Source of the DNA: Octopus vulgaris
Lineage: Eukaryota
Assembly (NCBI GenBank): GCA_951406725.2
Contig: OX597816.1
Coordinates: 128,402,001-128,466,000 of the forward strand
Length of the DNA stretch: 64,000 bases
Direction of reading: 5' to 3'
The position numbers were made by a program, and so were the translations under genes. Shown in pieces: positions 37,904 to 50,099 of the stretch (positions are counted from its first letter, which is position 1; each line of letters opens with the position of its first letter). The notes beneath the pieces were generated by a model. It saw only the letters and a program-made list of their open reading frames with translations. It had not been told where the DNA came from and ran no database searches.

Positions 37904-40077
37904 CATGGATGATGGCTCACTTGCATTTAATGATGCTGCAAATAGAGAGACTTGGAGACACTACTCTGAAAGGTTGCTAAACGAAGAGAATGAATGGGAG
38001 AAAGGGAGTCTGCCAAATGTCAACCCAACAGAGGGACCAGATGTTCGAATTGACAGTACTTTGGTAGATAAAGCAATTAAGGGTATGAAGACAAGGAAAG
38101 CCCCCAGCTCATCAGAAATCACTGCTAAGATGCTTAAAATATCCCGTGGTGTAGGCTATAGTCTAGTCTAGTCACCCATATAGTCAACCAGGTGATACAT
38201 GAAGGAGTCATACCCAATGACTGGTGTAGCAGCACCATAGTCAACTGCTACAAATGTAAAAGTGATGCATTAGATAAGAATAATTACAGAAGTATCAAAT
38301 TGTTGGATCAGGTGAAGAAAGTCACGGGGAGGGTCATAGCCCAACTAATTAGGGAGAGAGTTAGTTTAGACATGATGCAGTTTGGGTTTGTGCCAGGGAG
38401 AAACACTGCTGATGCTATATTTCTGGTAGACAACTGCAGAAGAAATACCTAGCCAAAGATAAACCTCTGTATTTCGTTTTTGTTGACATGGAGAAAACCT
38501 TTGATAGGGTCCTCTGATCCCTTTTCTGGTGGTCAATGCAGAAACTAGGGATAGATGAGTGGTTAGTGAGAGCTGTACAAGCCATGTACAGGGAGACTGT
38601 CAGTAAGGTGAGAGTTTGCAATGAGTATAGTGCAGAATTCCAGGTAGAAGTAGAGGTTCACCAGGGATCAGTTCTCAGCCCTTTCATCATAAGTCCTCCA
38701 GGGAATAACAGAGGAATTCAAAACAGGCTTCTCCTGGGAGGTCCTCTATGCTGATGACTTGGATCTAATAGCTGAGTCTGCTACCAGAACTAGAGAAAAA
38801 GTTTCAGGTGTGGAAGCAAGTTCTAGAATTGAAGGGCCTTAGAGTCAATCTAGCAAAAACCAAAGTCTTAGTAAGTAGGAAGGCAGACAAATCACAGATC
38901 CCTTCAGGCAGATGGCCCTGCTCGATCTGTAGAAAAGGCATAGGTAGAAACTCCAGAAGATGTACCCGGTGTAAGCTATGGACACATAAGAGGTGCAGCA
39001 ATATCAAAGGAAGTGTAAATTGGGAAGACAGTTTTTGTGTGTGGCAGATGCAAAAGGAACAATAAACACCAAAAATGTACAGAAAACAGATTCCATCACA
39101 TGCCATGGGGAAAAACTAGAAGTAGTTGATAGCTTCCATTATCTAGGAGACCAAGTCAGTAGCATTGGTGGATGTTCTTAGAGCATAGCCACTAGAATAA
39201 GAATAGCCTTGTCAAAGTTCAAAGAGCTCCTATCTCTGCTGTTAACAAAGGGCCTCTCGTTCAGAGTGAAAGGTAAACTGTATGATGCATGTGTGAACAG
39301 CCATGCTACACAGCAGTGAAACATGGGCTGCAACTACTGAGGACATACATAGACTTGAAGGATATGAAGCTAGTATGCTCTGCTGAATGTGTAGTGTCAG
39401 TGTGCATACACGACAGAGAATAAGCACTCTGAGAGAAAAGTTGGACATAAGAAGCATCAGATATGGTGTGCAAGAGAGACGACTGTGCTGGTATGGTCAT
39501 GTGTTGTTATGGATGAGGATAGTTGTTTGAAAAAGTGTCACCTTCCCCAACAAAGGTGGAGGGAGCCTATGGAAGAGGTAGACCCAAGAAAACATGGTAT
39601 GAAGTGGTGAAGTGATGAAGTACCCTTTAATTATCAGGAAATATGTTGTGCTTGAGGAGACCTGTTGAGTCAAGTGAAATCGTAGTCGTGGCCGATGCCA
39701 GTGTTGCTTGAGTAGCACCTATGCCAGCAGCATGTAGAAAGCTCCATTTGAGTACCATTTGAGTGTAGCACCGTTCGAGTGTGATTGATGCCAGTGCTGT
39801 CTGACTGGCTCCTATGCCAGTGGCACATAAAAAGCATCATTCAAGCATAGTCGATGCCAGTGCTGCCTGACTGGCCCCATGCTGGTGGCATGTAAAAAGC
39901 ACCCACTAGGCACGTGGAGTGGTTGGTGTTAGGAAGAGCATCCAGCTGTAGAAACCTTACCAGATCAGATTGGAGCCTGGTGCAGCCTCCTGGCTCGCCA
40001 GTCTTCAGTCAAACTGTCCAAATCATGCCAGCATGAAAGTGGACATAAAACAATTATGATAATGATGATAATGATGA

Positions 40078-40082
<5 letters not shown>
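37904..40082 (+). mobile_element. RTE LINE, 5'-truncated and frameshifted; same family as 5886-9243
   Basis: Collinear peptides (IPNDWCSS, QFGFVPG, HQGSVLS, LYADD, PHD-like finger, FHYLGD), 3' UTR and (ATG)n tail. Confidence 0.95.
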
Positions 40083-40120
<38 letters not shown>

Positions 40121-40316
40121 TATATTCAAATTTAAAATTAAAGCAGCACTAGTGTAATAAACATTATCAACCACACATACTTAACATATATGCCTTGTGT
40201 ATTTGCTGGTAGGTTGCAACTTGGCACAGTGCAGATTACTCTCTCAAAGTGTTTGGTGTTAAAACACCTGACAGTCATGGACAGTGGGGACAACCCACTC
40301 CAAATTCCATTCAGAA

Positions 40317-40363
40317 GTGATGAACATTGATGTTTCACCATTTTTGCAGCTTATCAACATCAC
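40317..40363 (-). ncRNA. Decayed type I hammerhead motif in a TA-flanked repeat (~40120-40410)
   Basis: gtgatg-TTGATAA-gctgcaaaaatggt-GAAA-catcaatg-TT-catcac. Stems I and III pair. The core has two transitions relative to CTGATGA. Confidence 0.55.
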
Positions 40364-41054
40364 GTACCTGAATTGAATCGGCAGTTAATAATACCGGTGT
40401 ATGCAATGTTGACATAAACACATACACACACATACATAGGCATGCATAAACTCACTCATACATTATATATATATATAACATGAAAAGGGACTTGAAGATC
40501 TAAGTTGTGATGTCAATTTGCAGTTTAATTGGTAAACATTTGACCAGCTACTATCACTCCCTCCTCAGCACAGGTCTACATCCACAACCCTAAAGGGTTT
40601 TCCTATGGTACATGAGTGATTTTCAGCTATTAATGGGCTCAACTGATATGTTGCATCAAGTGATTGCTACCTTTGTTGAAGAGTTGATGGAAACACCATA
40701 AAATCATATTTAATGAACTATCAACTATTATCAAGCAGGCATATGATCAAAGGCACTCCAGCAATAATTACCCTCCTTTTAAGATAGAACTTACCTTGGA
40801 TTACATAATTTAACATGTCCTTTATCTTTTTAGCATAATGTCATTTAGGAGTTTATTTGACTACTATTTCTAGCGGATAAATTAGTTCAATTAATTTCTT
40901 CAAAAACAAATTATTTTTATTTGTATAAGTGGCAGACAGCTGAGAATTCATTGTGTCCATGAAACACTTAGGTTTCAATGGTTTTACTTGCATAAAATTG
41001 TAAATAAACAGGTCTGTTACTGGTTAGATTCGATATGATAAAGATATACATATA

Positions 41055-41495
41055 TATGATATGCTCCACTGGTTGTGCAATATCAGTGTGCATGTGTGAG
41101 AGAATATTTGTGTATTGAGAGGGAAGATGTGCATAAGAAGAATTAGATGAAGTGTACAAGAAAGGAAACTGCATTGGTTTGGTCATGTGATGTGGATGGA
41201 TGAGGACAATTGCATAAAGAAGTGGGTGGAAGTGTGGAAGAGGGAGACCCCGGAAGACATTGGATGAAGTATTGAAGGCTGATCTCGAAATGCTGAACCT
41301 TACAAAGGAAATGACAGAGGACTGAGATATGTAGCCAGTATACTCAGTAAAGTGGTTGGTGCTGAGAAAGGTATCCAGCTGGAGAAACTTAGCCAAAACA
41401 GATTACGGAACTTGGTGCCAGTTTCTTTCAAGCTGTTCAACCCATGCCAGCATGAAAAATGCACATTAAACATTGATAACGAATATGATGGTGAT
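41055..41495 (+). mobile_element. RTE 3' fragment, diverged
   Basis: tggtttggtcatgtgatg, ggaaggggagaccccggaagacattggatgaagt and aacccatgccagcatg. Confidence 0.75.
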
Positions 41496-41505
41496 CTATA
41501 TATTA

Positions 41506-41880
41506 TTATTACCTCCACCTTAGCGAAAGTGGAGGTATTGTTTTCAGTCGTGTTTGTTTATTTGTTTTTCTGTGGACAAGATATCTCAAGGACTGCTGGA
41601 TGGATTCAGATGAAACTTTCAGGGATGTTTAGCCTTGTGATTGGCACAAACTGATTAGATTTTATGATCGATCCAGTACTGGACAAGGATTCTGGATTAC
41701 TTTTCTGTTTTTTTTTACTTAATTTTTGAAAGTGTTTGGGTTCATTATTAGTATTCTCATTCATGAGAGCAGTTGAGCTTATTTCAAATATTCTCATTTT
41801 AAAAACCATCTCCAACTAATCGTTGAGAGGATGTTGGTGTTGCCTTGGTGGAGGTTTGCGATCTTGTTATCATTCGTGCT
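41506..41880 (+). mobile_element. Helentron-associated non-autonomous element (HINE/DINE-like)
   Basis: 5' ttattacctccacc with a nearby inverted gtggaggta, a GTTT microsatellite, tggattcagatgaaactt, and a 3' subterminal ggtggaggt. Confidence 0.65.
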
Positions 41881-43722
41881 CTTGTTATCATTCTTATTGG
41901 AATCTTTTTATCCAATTGACTTTCCATGCTGCAAACTAAATTGTTTAAGATAATTAGAATTATGTCATTTTTACCATTATTTTTCTTCTTTGACTTCATT
42001 TCTTATTGGTCAAATTAATTTCGTAAAAAGAAACGAGATTTCTATAATAGTTTGTTTACCTTATTAATTGCAAATCTTTGTAGGACACAATCTCCAGTGG
42101 TATATTTTGCACAAAAATATGGGTAAATTTTAATCAAAATTTGTTAAGAAGTATAGTGGTTTATTTAGAAATAAGCATTTTTAATACCAAAGCTTAATAC
42201 TACCAATAATTTTTATTGACTTTTGATTGACTTAGTAAGAAAGTACTATTGTCAATCAATTGATGTTTGCATTTATACAACAAAAATATGAGAAATCAAT
42301 ATACTTTTCAAATTGTTATTCATTGACTTGTTTTGGGTATCTTAATACGAACTGTTTAGAGCCACAAAATAAAGTAACAGTAATCCAGGATTAACACAGT
42401 TCAACTCAAATTTAAACCATTTTCATAAAAAAAGACATCTTCTGACTGTTTTCTCACTAGGTTTAAATTAATTGTGTTTACAAATATGATACATTATATT
42501 TCACCGAAATGTTGCTTATGACCCACTTTTTTCTTTCATTTTTGCAAATGTATTGTAAGGAAACATTTAGAAGCCATTTGAAAATGCAAATGCAATTTGT
42601 TTTCACATACTTTTGCTTTCAAAATTTATCTTCTACAACTAAGGATTTTATTAGCAGAAAAAGAAGCAAAGAAAAAAACAAGGAATTATTATAAAATGAA
42701 AAACATGTGTGGTCAAGTCAAATTATACTTATATGTCTAATATAAGTAAGAATATCTCCAACAAAATTCTATGTCTATTTAAATATTTTATATGTATGTG
42801 AATCTCAGAAGACAAGACTATTTGGCGCTAGTAAATTGCAAATTTTAGTAGTTACTTTTAGAAACGAAGCTTAATATTCACCAAGAATATATTTCTGTGA
42901 GACTGTCTCAGCTGTAGAAAAGAGAGAATATAATTGATAAGTTGCTTTATTTAAAATAGTATATTTCTAATTTCAAAATTCAGTTCATATTTTAGAAGAA
43001 AAAAATTGGGAAATGTTGTCAATAAAGTGACACCAATTTGCTATAATGAGATAAATAAAAATAAAATCATTCTCCAAATTAGCTTTCCTTTCTATAAATC
43101 AAATAAATAGCTTGTTATTTTTAGATGGTTGTAGGTGGAAACTTTAACTTTGGTGTTACATTGAAGATTTTCTAGAAATTTTTACTTTAAACTGAACAAA
43201 GCTATGAATATACATGTACAGGCACATGTATTTGGGATGTATTTTCAAGTTCTACTAATTATCGATTTAGAACATTATTACCATCCATTTTACATATTTT
43301 GTACTATATATAAACATAATTTTTGGTCATTTAAACATTTAACATTTTATTTATAAAACATCATTCAAATTTACCTTCAGTATATTTTGTTTGAATATCT
43401 ATGGTATATCATGTTGGTGCATCAGTATGCATGCATGTGCATATGTATGTTTTTATGTATGTATATACATATGTATGAATATGCAGGATTTTTCTTTGAG
43501 TTTTATTTGAGTTCTTCTTGAGAGGATTCAAGCCAGTCACTAATAAAGCTACAAGACTTTTTGAGTTAAGAGAGTTCCCATTGTTTATAAATATGTGGTT
43601 GAGTTAGTGTGTTGGTTGAATTGTCAAGGCATACACCCAAGTGTGTGCATCTATTTACATAAGAATCTCAGATGGCGGACTTTTGGAATGTCTTACAAAT
43701 CTGCATATATATGTAAATAACC

Positions 43723-44020
43723 CCCTTCAGTCATGAATGAGCATGGGATTGTGCCTAGAAAGTTCCCTTCCAAGGCACAACTCCAGAAAAGGTTGTTTAT
43801 GGAAGACCAGCTGTTGCCCATGCATACCAGCCTCCCCTCTGCCCACTATCGATGTTGTCCAAGGGAAAAGCAAAGGCCAATATAGCTTGGCACCATTTAA
43901 GTCACAATTCATTTTCACAGCTGAGTGAACTGGAGCAAAGTAAAATAAAGTGTCTTGCTCAAGAACACAACACACAGCCTGGTCCAGGAATGAAACTCAC
44001 TATCTCGTGACTGTGAGCTT
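43723..44020 (-). mobile_element. tRNA-derived SINE, family D (V/CORE-like body)
   Basis: Minus strand tgtgttcttgagcaagacacttt..cactcagctgtgaaaatg. The head matches the plus-strand head at 47082-47171. Confidence 0.65.
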
Positions 44021-44244
44021 CTGTGTGTATGTTTGTTTGTATGTATGTAGTGAAATATGTGCATGCTTGGGCTGACATTCGTTATAAGACTGAAAGCGCA
44101 TAGATGGAGACTGTGTGGAAGCCTGTTGGCTGGACAGGATTTTTGAGTGAAAGGTCTAATCTTGTTATACTGTGTTATACTGATTCCTTTTCAAAATATA
44201 TGATGCATACTTAAACACTTCTACCAAAAGTCCCACTTGTTGCA

Positions 44245-44610
44245 GTGTGATGGCTTGTGTACCTCAATGAAGCTGAGAGCTATACCAGCAGAGCACAAGC
44301 TCCTAATAGAGCTGTCCAAGTTGGACAGTGTGATGGCTTATATCCATGCTGGACTGTTCAAAAGATAGATGCTATTCTGATATGGACCAACTCTTCTCAA
44401 AGGTAAAAATAGAATGGCATAAAGCGAACACGCATCTCTAAAATTAAGGATAGTTACAAAAACATCAAAGACAATTCAGAACCAACAAGATGTGGGAAAG
44501 GAAGGATCCAACTGGAGGGAAGCAGGTAAGAAATTCCAGAGAGCAGTGGAGTAAAGTCATCAATGGCCTATGCTCCACAGAGAGTGAAAGGCTTTACTAA
44601 GAATACTAAG
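44245..44610 (+). mobile_element. Short bipartite RTE derivative (5' UTR-like plus 3' end)
   Basis: 5' ggcttgtgtacctcaatgaagctgagagctataccagc..gctcctaatag and 3' tggcctatgctccacagagagtgaaaggc resemble RTE termini. Confidence 0.45.
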
Positions 44611-46226
44611 CTACATTATAATTCAATGAGAAAACAGATCAATTCATTAAACAAGAAATCTTGAAATAAAACTGAACAATAACTTACATACATACAAACA
44701 TGCATACATATACTCATACATACATACATTAATATACATACATACATACATACATACATGCATGCATACACACACACACACATTAATATACACAGAAGAG
44801 TATGATGATATGAATGAAATTTGGTTGTTATAAATCATAGATCAAAACAACCACACGGAGGTTCCCTTAATATCATATTATTCACAGGGGTAAAATGTAC
44901 ATGCATAGGATATTTATTTACACCTGGTTTTATTGGAGCAAGTGGAGTTTTAAATGCATTGGCAGATGTGCCAGTAACAAGATATACTTCTTTGACTGAC
45001 AAGTTGGCAAGTCACCAAGTTGAGCAGCTGCAGTATTGAGGTATTTTAAAATATAACGGTAAGTGCCATATACTGGATGTTGTTTCTCTAAGAATATAAA
45101 ATAAATATAGATACTGTTTGGTCTTAATTACAACTAATCAATGAATATATAAAAATGGTCATCATTAGTTCATTGGAGAATATCCACATTAAATAAAGAA
45201 TTAATTAACCAGATTGACATATGTGATTTGAGCACATGTTGAAATGACTGCTGCTACAATTCACTAGACACATGCATGCATGCACGCACACACACACACA
45301 CATACACACACACATACATACATACACACATGCATGTATATATATATATAAGTGCATATGCACTCATATGTGTGTGTGTGTGGAGAGAGAGAGAGGAAGA
45401 GGAGGAGAGAGGGAGAGAGAGGCCAAGAGAGGCAGAGAGAGGAAGAGGGGGAGAGAGGAAGAAGGAGAGGAAGAACTAGAGAAGAGCTTGATAGATAGAT
45501 TGATAGAAATGTGTATATAGTCTGTCTCTCTCGCATATATGTATATATACATGTGTGAGTGTGTGCGTGTGTGTATAAATATATGTATGTATAAATGTGT
45601 ACCTAAGCATATCTATGCAGTAATATTGAGTTCTCCCAAGCTTAGAGGTAGTAGTAGTACTACATACGGCTTGTCCATAGGTTCTAAAATTTTAAGCTTT
45701 TCCCATTCTTCTGTGATAGAAAGAGAGAGAATGCTTCAAAATCAAGTCTCAGTAAAACCATGGACAAAGAGAAGTGAAAGCTGTAGCTGAAAAGGAACAC
45801 TGCAAGCCACTAAACATCGTGGAAGGAAAACCCAGTTTAAAATAAACCCAAACTTCTTATGGTTTCTTTGTGGCTGAGTGACACACACCAAAGTTCAGGG
45901 AAATAGGAACACCCAAGGTCCCAAGTTCAAGCCACACTAATGGTGGCATTTCAAAAACTTCAGAAAGACACCAATGTGTCACAACCTAAGTAGGTCTGAT
46001 TCCCTTAGAGTGTCAGGAACTAATGAGTTGGAACACTTGCTTGATGAGAGTTCTGAAGATTTCTCCTTATGTTTGCTTGTTTCATTGTGAGTTTCTTCTT
46101 AAAATCATTTCAAACTTCAAAATATTCTGTGGGTGAGTTTTATACTTGAATAATTTTTCTAGCTATAGATGCCCATTTTACTGAAACTTCAAACTACAGA
46201 CTAGTGGAATCATTAGAATATCATAT

Positions 46227-46656
46227 GCGCAGGCATGGCTGTGTGTTAAGAAGCTTGCTTCCAAACTACATGGTCCCAGGTTCAATCCCATAGCGTGGCA
46301 CCTCGGGCTAGTGTCTTCTACTATAGATGCAGGCTGACCAAAGCTTTGTGAATGGATCTGGTAGATGGAAACTGAAAGAAGTCCATTGTGTGTGTGTGTG
46401 TGTGTGTGTGTGTGAGTGTGTGTGTGTGTATTTTGTGTCTATATTAGTCCCCCACCCCCGTCACTGCTTGACAACCAGCATTGGTGTGTTTACATCCATG
46501 AAACTTAGCAGTTTGGTAGATGAGACCAAGAGAATAAGTACTTGGCTTACAACGAATGAGTTCTGAAGTCGATTTCTTTGACTAAAACCCCTTTAAGGCA
46601 GTGCTCCAGTATGGCTGCAGTCAAATGACCGAAACGTGTAAAAGAGTAAAAGAATA
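46227..46656 (+). mobile_element. SINE family A, full length with central (TG)n
   Basis: A box tggctgtgtgttaag, B box ggttcaatccc, tail gaaacgtgtaaaagagtaaaaga. Confidence 0.85.
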
Positions 46657-47081
46657 ACACCTTGCAGTGTTCATTTAAGATCTTTGTGATACATACAAAT
46701 GCTATGGAGACCAACTTTGCCATTCATCCTTTTAGGTGGGATGAATTAAGTACCATTCTGTTCTAGTACTGAAGTCAGTTTCTCTTCCATTCACTTTCAG
46801 TTTGAAATAAATCCACAACGGAAGTTCTTGTGGTGGTCTTAGTGGCTGAGTGACACACATCACATTTGAGGGAAATAGGATCACCCAAAGTTTCAAGTTC
46901 AATTCCTCTCTCTCTCTCTCTTTCTCACCTTCTTCTCCTCCCCCTCTCTCTTTCTCACCATCTCTCTCTTTTAGTTTTACTCTGTATTGTTTTGTACCTG
47001 TCATTCAAAGGCCCAGCCTTGTCACACTATTTCACACTGATTTGGCCTGAGAGTTACATTATAGGTATATGTGTCTTTGTA

Positions 47082-47171
47082 AAGGTGAATGGCTCAGTGG
47101 TTAGAGCACCAGTCTCATAATCATGAGGTAGTGAGCTCAATTTCCAGACCAGGCTGTGTGTTGTGTTCTTG
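47082..47171 (+). mobile_element. SINE family D head
   Basis: tggctcagtggttagagc..gagctcaatttcc..tgtgttgtgttcttg. Confidence 0.6.
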
Positions 47172-47519
47172 TTTTTTTTTCTTTGTCTTTTCTTTAATTT
47201 GTTTTGTTTTTTAAATCTGTCAGAAATCATTCTCATTTTATAACATGAAAATCAATGGGAAAATTAATTTTGCATAACAACAAGATTTTCTGGGAGCACA
47301 TTAATCCCAAGACATGAGGGATTCTCAATTCACTTTCCATTATTCCATAATAGTGTTGTCTACTGTGATGTATGAAAATATTTCATTACATTTCCAAAGC
47401 ATGGCCAGTGCTATAAATCCACAGTATCCCCAAAGAGTACTATATCAAAATCTAACAAGATATATGGCATTACATCTTATGAGACTCCTACCAATTGTTT
47501 TCCTGCATATCAAACATGG

Positions 47520-48300
47520 CCATCTCTCAAATGGTGGTGAAGTCCTGACTTCTTTCCTACTCACTAAAACGTTTGCTTTTACAGTGTTTACTATGAAGCT
47601 TTTTAGTTCTTGATGTTACTGACACATCTGAAATCTTTGACAGATTTTTCTACGGGATCTAGATCAACATCATATCAAAGTTTCCATAGAAACCTGGACA
47701 TAAAAAATTCTGCTCTGATACAAGCTGAGTACCAAAGTAATAGACACTTGTGTGCTAAGTTACTTGCTGAACACATTGGTAACTCTAACCTTGCTGACAG
47801 CATCTCTGTACAGGGGTTGCATGGCTCTCACAAGCACTTCATTCACACCCAGTTTTTTAGTTTTCTTAAAGATCACTAAACAATGGAGGCCTTTTCCACT
47901 TCCAGGAATGCAAGATTGAGTGACTTGTTATTCGCTAAAAACTTCTCCATTAGATGTTGCACTTGGAAGATAGCATGAGTGGCACACTGTCTTGGCACAA
48001 ACCATGTCACCTTTGGTGCCACTGAACCTTACTTCATTCCCGGATCTGATCTACAAGAAATTCCTAGTTGTCTACATAATAAGTCTCTATCTCCTTCCCT
48101 ACTTCAACATATATGGCATTTAGCACTTCTTTGAGCCTATGTCTGGCCGAGGGGTGTTTCAGCTTCCACATGTTCATCTTCCAGAATGTCTTGTGCCTCT
48201 GCAACCATCAAGCGCATTCATATAAAGCTAATATTATTTACACACATAACCTGTTGTCTTGTATTCTATTTGCAGATATCCTTAAAGGTTTACTGCACTG
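47520..48300 (-). mobile_element. Old, degraded RTE RT fragment
   Basis: Minus strand AIFQVQHLMEKFLANNKSLNLAFLEVEKA parallels AIFLVRQLQEKYLAKDKPLYLAFVDMEKA. Confidence 0.65.
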
Positions 48301-49192
48301 AGGTAATATTGATCTCTTTGTAAGTAGGGAGACTAATACTATCTAAGAATCTGTATTGAAAGAGCTTACTTTCTGCTCAGATGTTATTTTTTCATCATCT
48401 CAGCTTGTACCAAAGACTATAAAACTTTTGCACTGATGTACCAGTGATAGTAACAATAGATTTTAGTTAAATAGTACAATGTGAAGAAAGAAATAACAGT
48501 ATATGTTAGCAAATAAGTACAAAAAGCTAGCAAATTATTAATTTTTTACAAGATTATGGTCTTTTTACAGTTCATCAAAAATTTCCTACAAATTCTAACA
48601 GCATTTCTCTTCTGCTCTGGTCATAGACTAAGTTACAAAAAGATGTAAAAAGCATGAAATCCATTGAAGATTGTATCCACTAAAATGATTTCCCATGTGA
48701 TCTCCAGATGCAAAGAAAGGAAGAATGCTTGCAAAAAATCTTACTGCACAAACCATACACAGTTCTACAATCAGTGACGAAAGAAATACTGCCAGATGGA
48801 GAATGTTGGCTTAATTATAATTACTATGCTTTTCTGTAACTACCATAATGTTGCTTTTTTTTTTTTTTTTTTGACCACTTAGAAAATATCTGGTAGAGTG
48901 TGACATTTGTATGCTCTCCCAGACTGTTGACATTGATGTGGTTAATGTTTAATTAGAACATCTGTAAATCAGTGCCAAGGTGGGACGTAATTGCATAGTG
49001 TAACAGATCTTGGCAAAAAGAAATTGACCAAAAGTTTAGCATGGAATCTAGAATCTAACAATTGTGACAGAGTAAAAAAAATGTAAGGCAAAGAAATTGG
49101 CATGCTGATTGGACCAAAGCAAAAGCATAGCTAGGCAGTTCAGAGAAGAAGAATCCATAGTAGAAGAAACAAAGAGAAGAAATATCGTCTTC

Positions 49193-49514
49193 ATCTCTTT
49201 TATCTTTTACCCTTTTACTTGTTTCAGTCATTTGACTGTTACCATGCTGGAGCACTGCCTTTAGTCAAGCAAATCGACCCCAGGACTTATTCTTTGTAAG
49301 CCTAGTACTTATTCTATCGATCTGTTTTGCCAAACCACTAAGTTACGGGGATGTAAACACACCAGCATCGGTTGTCAAGTGATGTTGGGGGGGGGGCAAA
49401 CACAAACACACAAATATATACACACATATATACATATACACGACAGGCTTCTTTCAGTTTCCATCTACCAAATCCACTCACTAGGCTTTGGTCGGCCTAA
49501 GGCTATAGTAGAAG
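49193..49514 (-). mobile_element. SINE family A lacking its tRNA head
   Basis: High similarity to 56561-56875, ending abruptly at gctatagtagaag. Confidence 0.85.
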
Positions 49515-49880
49515 AACCAGCCATATCTGGCCAAAATATTCTACCTGTTTTCAGTTCAAACTGACTAGATCCTGCCTCTCACACCTATATGTTGATGTGC
49601 AACTCTTTGACAATAAACTAAATAGCCTTCCTTTGTCTGCAGCTTAGTTAGGATGCTTGTGTGTATAGCAGACATTATTTATGTAAACATTCAGTTACTG
49701 ATTAAGAGTAAAGTATTTTCTGGCTCTGAAGACACTAACTAATATTCGAGTCGCAACATTGGCAAGAATTATCACTATGACAATAGCATGAGATTATGAA
49801 CCCTTACATTTTAAAAACTTTGGAAGATTTAATTATGTACTGTTCATATATAGAAAAAGTATGGTACAGAAGTGCCTTAA

Positions 49881-50099
49881 CCTTTTAGTATTTAAACCAG
49901 CCATATCTGGCCAAAATATTCTACCTGTTTTCAGTTCAAACTGACTAGATCCTGCCTCTCACACCTACCCTACAATGTCATTCTAAAAATAAACAGTCAC
50001 ATCATTGAAATCTCAAAGCTACAAGATAATGCATGAGTAATTCCAAGCAATGTAAATAATAAGCTTTACATTTGACAGAATAATTTGAATGTTAAAGAG
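49881..50099. mobile_element. piggyBac-type MITE (219 bp)
   Basis: TTAA at 49877-49880 and 50100-50103. TIRs ccttttagtatt / aatgttaaagag. Confidence 0.75.
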
